From: Basidiobolus meristosporus CBS 931.73
Lineage: Eukaryota; Fungi; Basidiobolomycota
Assembly: GCA_002104905.1 (NCBI GenBank)
Contig: MCFE01000185.1
Span: forward strand, 62,001-126,000
DNA: 64,000 nucleotides
Reading direction: 5' to 3'
Within the stretch, counting starts at the first letter, position 1. Each line of letters starts with the position of its first letter. Shown piece after piece: positions 61,858 through 64,000 of this stretch. The position numbers were made by a program, and so were the translations under genes. A model generated the notes under the pieces. That model searched no databases. It was not told the origin of the DNA and worked only from the letters and a program-made list of their open reading frames with translations.

Positions 61858-63449
61858 CCACTGGCAACCACAGTACGAATTCTTTATTTTACCCGAACAA
61901 GATATTTCTCGCATCATATAACGTAGCATACCCAAATTACCACCACTATGCCTGTATCTTCAATCAATAAAGTGCTTACCCACTTCGGTTGATGACCAGT
62001 TTTTTCAACATCCCAGAGGCTTTGAAACTCAGTTTGTTGTCAAGTCTCGAGCCCTTGAACAAACCACATGTATTTCCTTTGGACAGTTCATTCCGCTGGC
62101 ACAATACCAGAGAGCCAAGATCTACTTCAGCAACCATTCTCGCCAACATCCAACAGCGACACTCGTAAACAGCTATGTGATATCAAACAGAGCTCGGAGT
62201 CGCACAATAAGATATAGAGCGCCTGCATAGAGTACAACCATATCATAATTTGAACAACTACATTGTTACTAGCAGTCATTGGACAAACGCTGCCTGGGAA
62301 TGTACAGTAGGCATGCTGGATAGACCAAGCGTAGAAAGGAGGGAATTACACCTCGACATGCCACAATACTGACCGCTAAGTTGGTAAGCAGTGAAGCGGC
62401 AGCCTTTCAGATTTTATTGATGTCACTCCTTTTCCAACATGAGGGTTTGTTGAGGCTACCTCATCCCATTACGTCGCCTCATCCAATCAAAAGTATTGGT
62501 TTGACAGGAATTTGACGTGTTTGGTGAGTCGATGTGTATACTAATCCTAATAAATCTGCTGTAACTGAGCCTATATTATGAATTTTTTTCAGCTTTCCAG
62601 ACCAATCGGCTAGAATTAGATGGATGGGACTTGGGGTACAGATCTGTGGTATCTACCCCGTATGTAAATGCAGCAAGTCCCTGATCTGGGGAGATTTCCT
62701 CCACTTGACAACTGGGCAGAGCTTAGCTTCGGCACTTCTGGCCTGGCAAGGGATCCGTGTGCCGGGACGTGCTGCGGCTGGGCAGTGACTCTGGTGGATG
62801 CTGCTCGTTGATACACACATGTCAACGGTGAGAGCTGTGCCGCGCCTGGTGTCCAGAACGCATGGTGCTGGGCCAGCATACATGTAATACTTTGTAGCAG
62901 AATTGTGTTCGAAAGCACCGTGATAATATTAGACAGGAGCACTGTAGCCTATAGCCCGTGTAACCGTGTAACCGTGCGATTTTGTGCGTCATTACGGGGA
63001 ATGAAGAAATACTGTTTGAGCTTAAGCTCGTGTTGTAGATTGCGGATAGGCATGATATTTTGATAGATCCATGAAATTATCGATATGAACGCAAGTGCGA
63101 TATTTTATGAGCCAAGATCTAAGGAAATGGTTTGAATTTGGGCATAGCTTCCACAGATGGGTAAGATGTGATTTTATATTTGCATCGGGGGCTATCCACA
63201 AATTTATTTCCAAAAGTCAGCGTGCAGGGAAATTTGTTGGGCTAGTTTCTATACGTTTTTTGTCTTTCAAAACTCTTACTCACTCTATCCCTTTTTGTAT
63301 ATTGGTTTTCGTTTACTCTTTTCCGCCGTCGTTCCCTTCACCGTTTTAAATACTTGAACCTTGTACATCAACCAGTTGTTTTCGATAAACTTGAATGGAT
63401 ACTGATGATCTCACTTCGAGAACCCCTTGGCGGAGACCTGGTTCTTCTC

Positions 63450-64000
63450 CATACCTAAAAGATGCCAATTTCATCGACCGTCTGGCTGCTTCATTAGACC
63501 GGTACATTTCGTGTTATTTTCTTATGTATGTCTTCCATTGCTGATTCTAATCGGATTTTCCTTCTTGTACTATCTTTGGGCTGTTGTGGTCGTTCTATTG
63601 CTGATCGCGGATTTGGCATTGGATCTTGGTTTGACAGACATCGCGCCTTTAGTGTAATTCTTGTTTGGATGATCATGATCTTGCTTGATTATTGTTTCAA
63701 CATACCCGTTGAATGGTTGCTCTTTTCTTACTTCACCTTTACAATCTTTTTCAACGCTTTCTCCATCAGTATAGCAGTATTCATTGTATTCTTCACTTTA
63801 ATACTCACCACGAGTGCGCTGACTTACCTTCTTGTCTCATACCGAGTCACTAATCTCCTGGCTGCGTCAGTGGTCAATGCTTCCTTGGTTCATGGCTTTC
63901 ACGGTCTAGATGTTGTAGGTTGGATATTGGTCTCAATGCTCTCAGCCGCTCGATATTGGCTACCATGGTTCAATGCGCTTCCACCAGATTTCATGGCACC
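63450..64000 (-). other. Interrupted, charged low-complexity coding-like sequence running off the window
   Basis: EEYNEYCYTDGESVEKDCKGEVRKEQPFNGYVETIIKQDHDHPNKN with several in-frame stops. Confidence 0.2.

Overview
Eukaryotic, fungal-type genomic window. Early-diverging lineage such as Zoopagomycota/Mucoromycota is an inference from gene content and ~56-71 nt GT-AG introns. Bases ~1-38500 are a strongly CpG-depleted graveyard of nested, decayed transposons: several copies of an EnSpm/CACTA-type (Tnp2) DNA transposon with CCCTATGAAAAAT termini, two Ty1/copia families, Ty3/gypsy remnants and solo LTRs, a PIF/Harbinger element, and a ~730-bp foldback element with related termini. Inside it is a ~3.6-kb CpG-intact island (~26280-29900) carrying two small secreted Cys-rich protein genes. 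From ~38900 the sequence is CpG-normal and gene-rich: a PHO80/PCL-family cyclin, a secreted acidic protein, a disabled DUF1647-like gene, a phosphorylase-kinase alpha/beta regulatory subunit with an inserted ILEI/PANDER domain, an ENA-type P-type ATPase, ATP11 and an FAD-dependent monooxygenase. No rRNA, tRNA or CRISPR was seen. All alignments were done by eye and TE boundaries are approximate unless termini are quoted.
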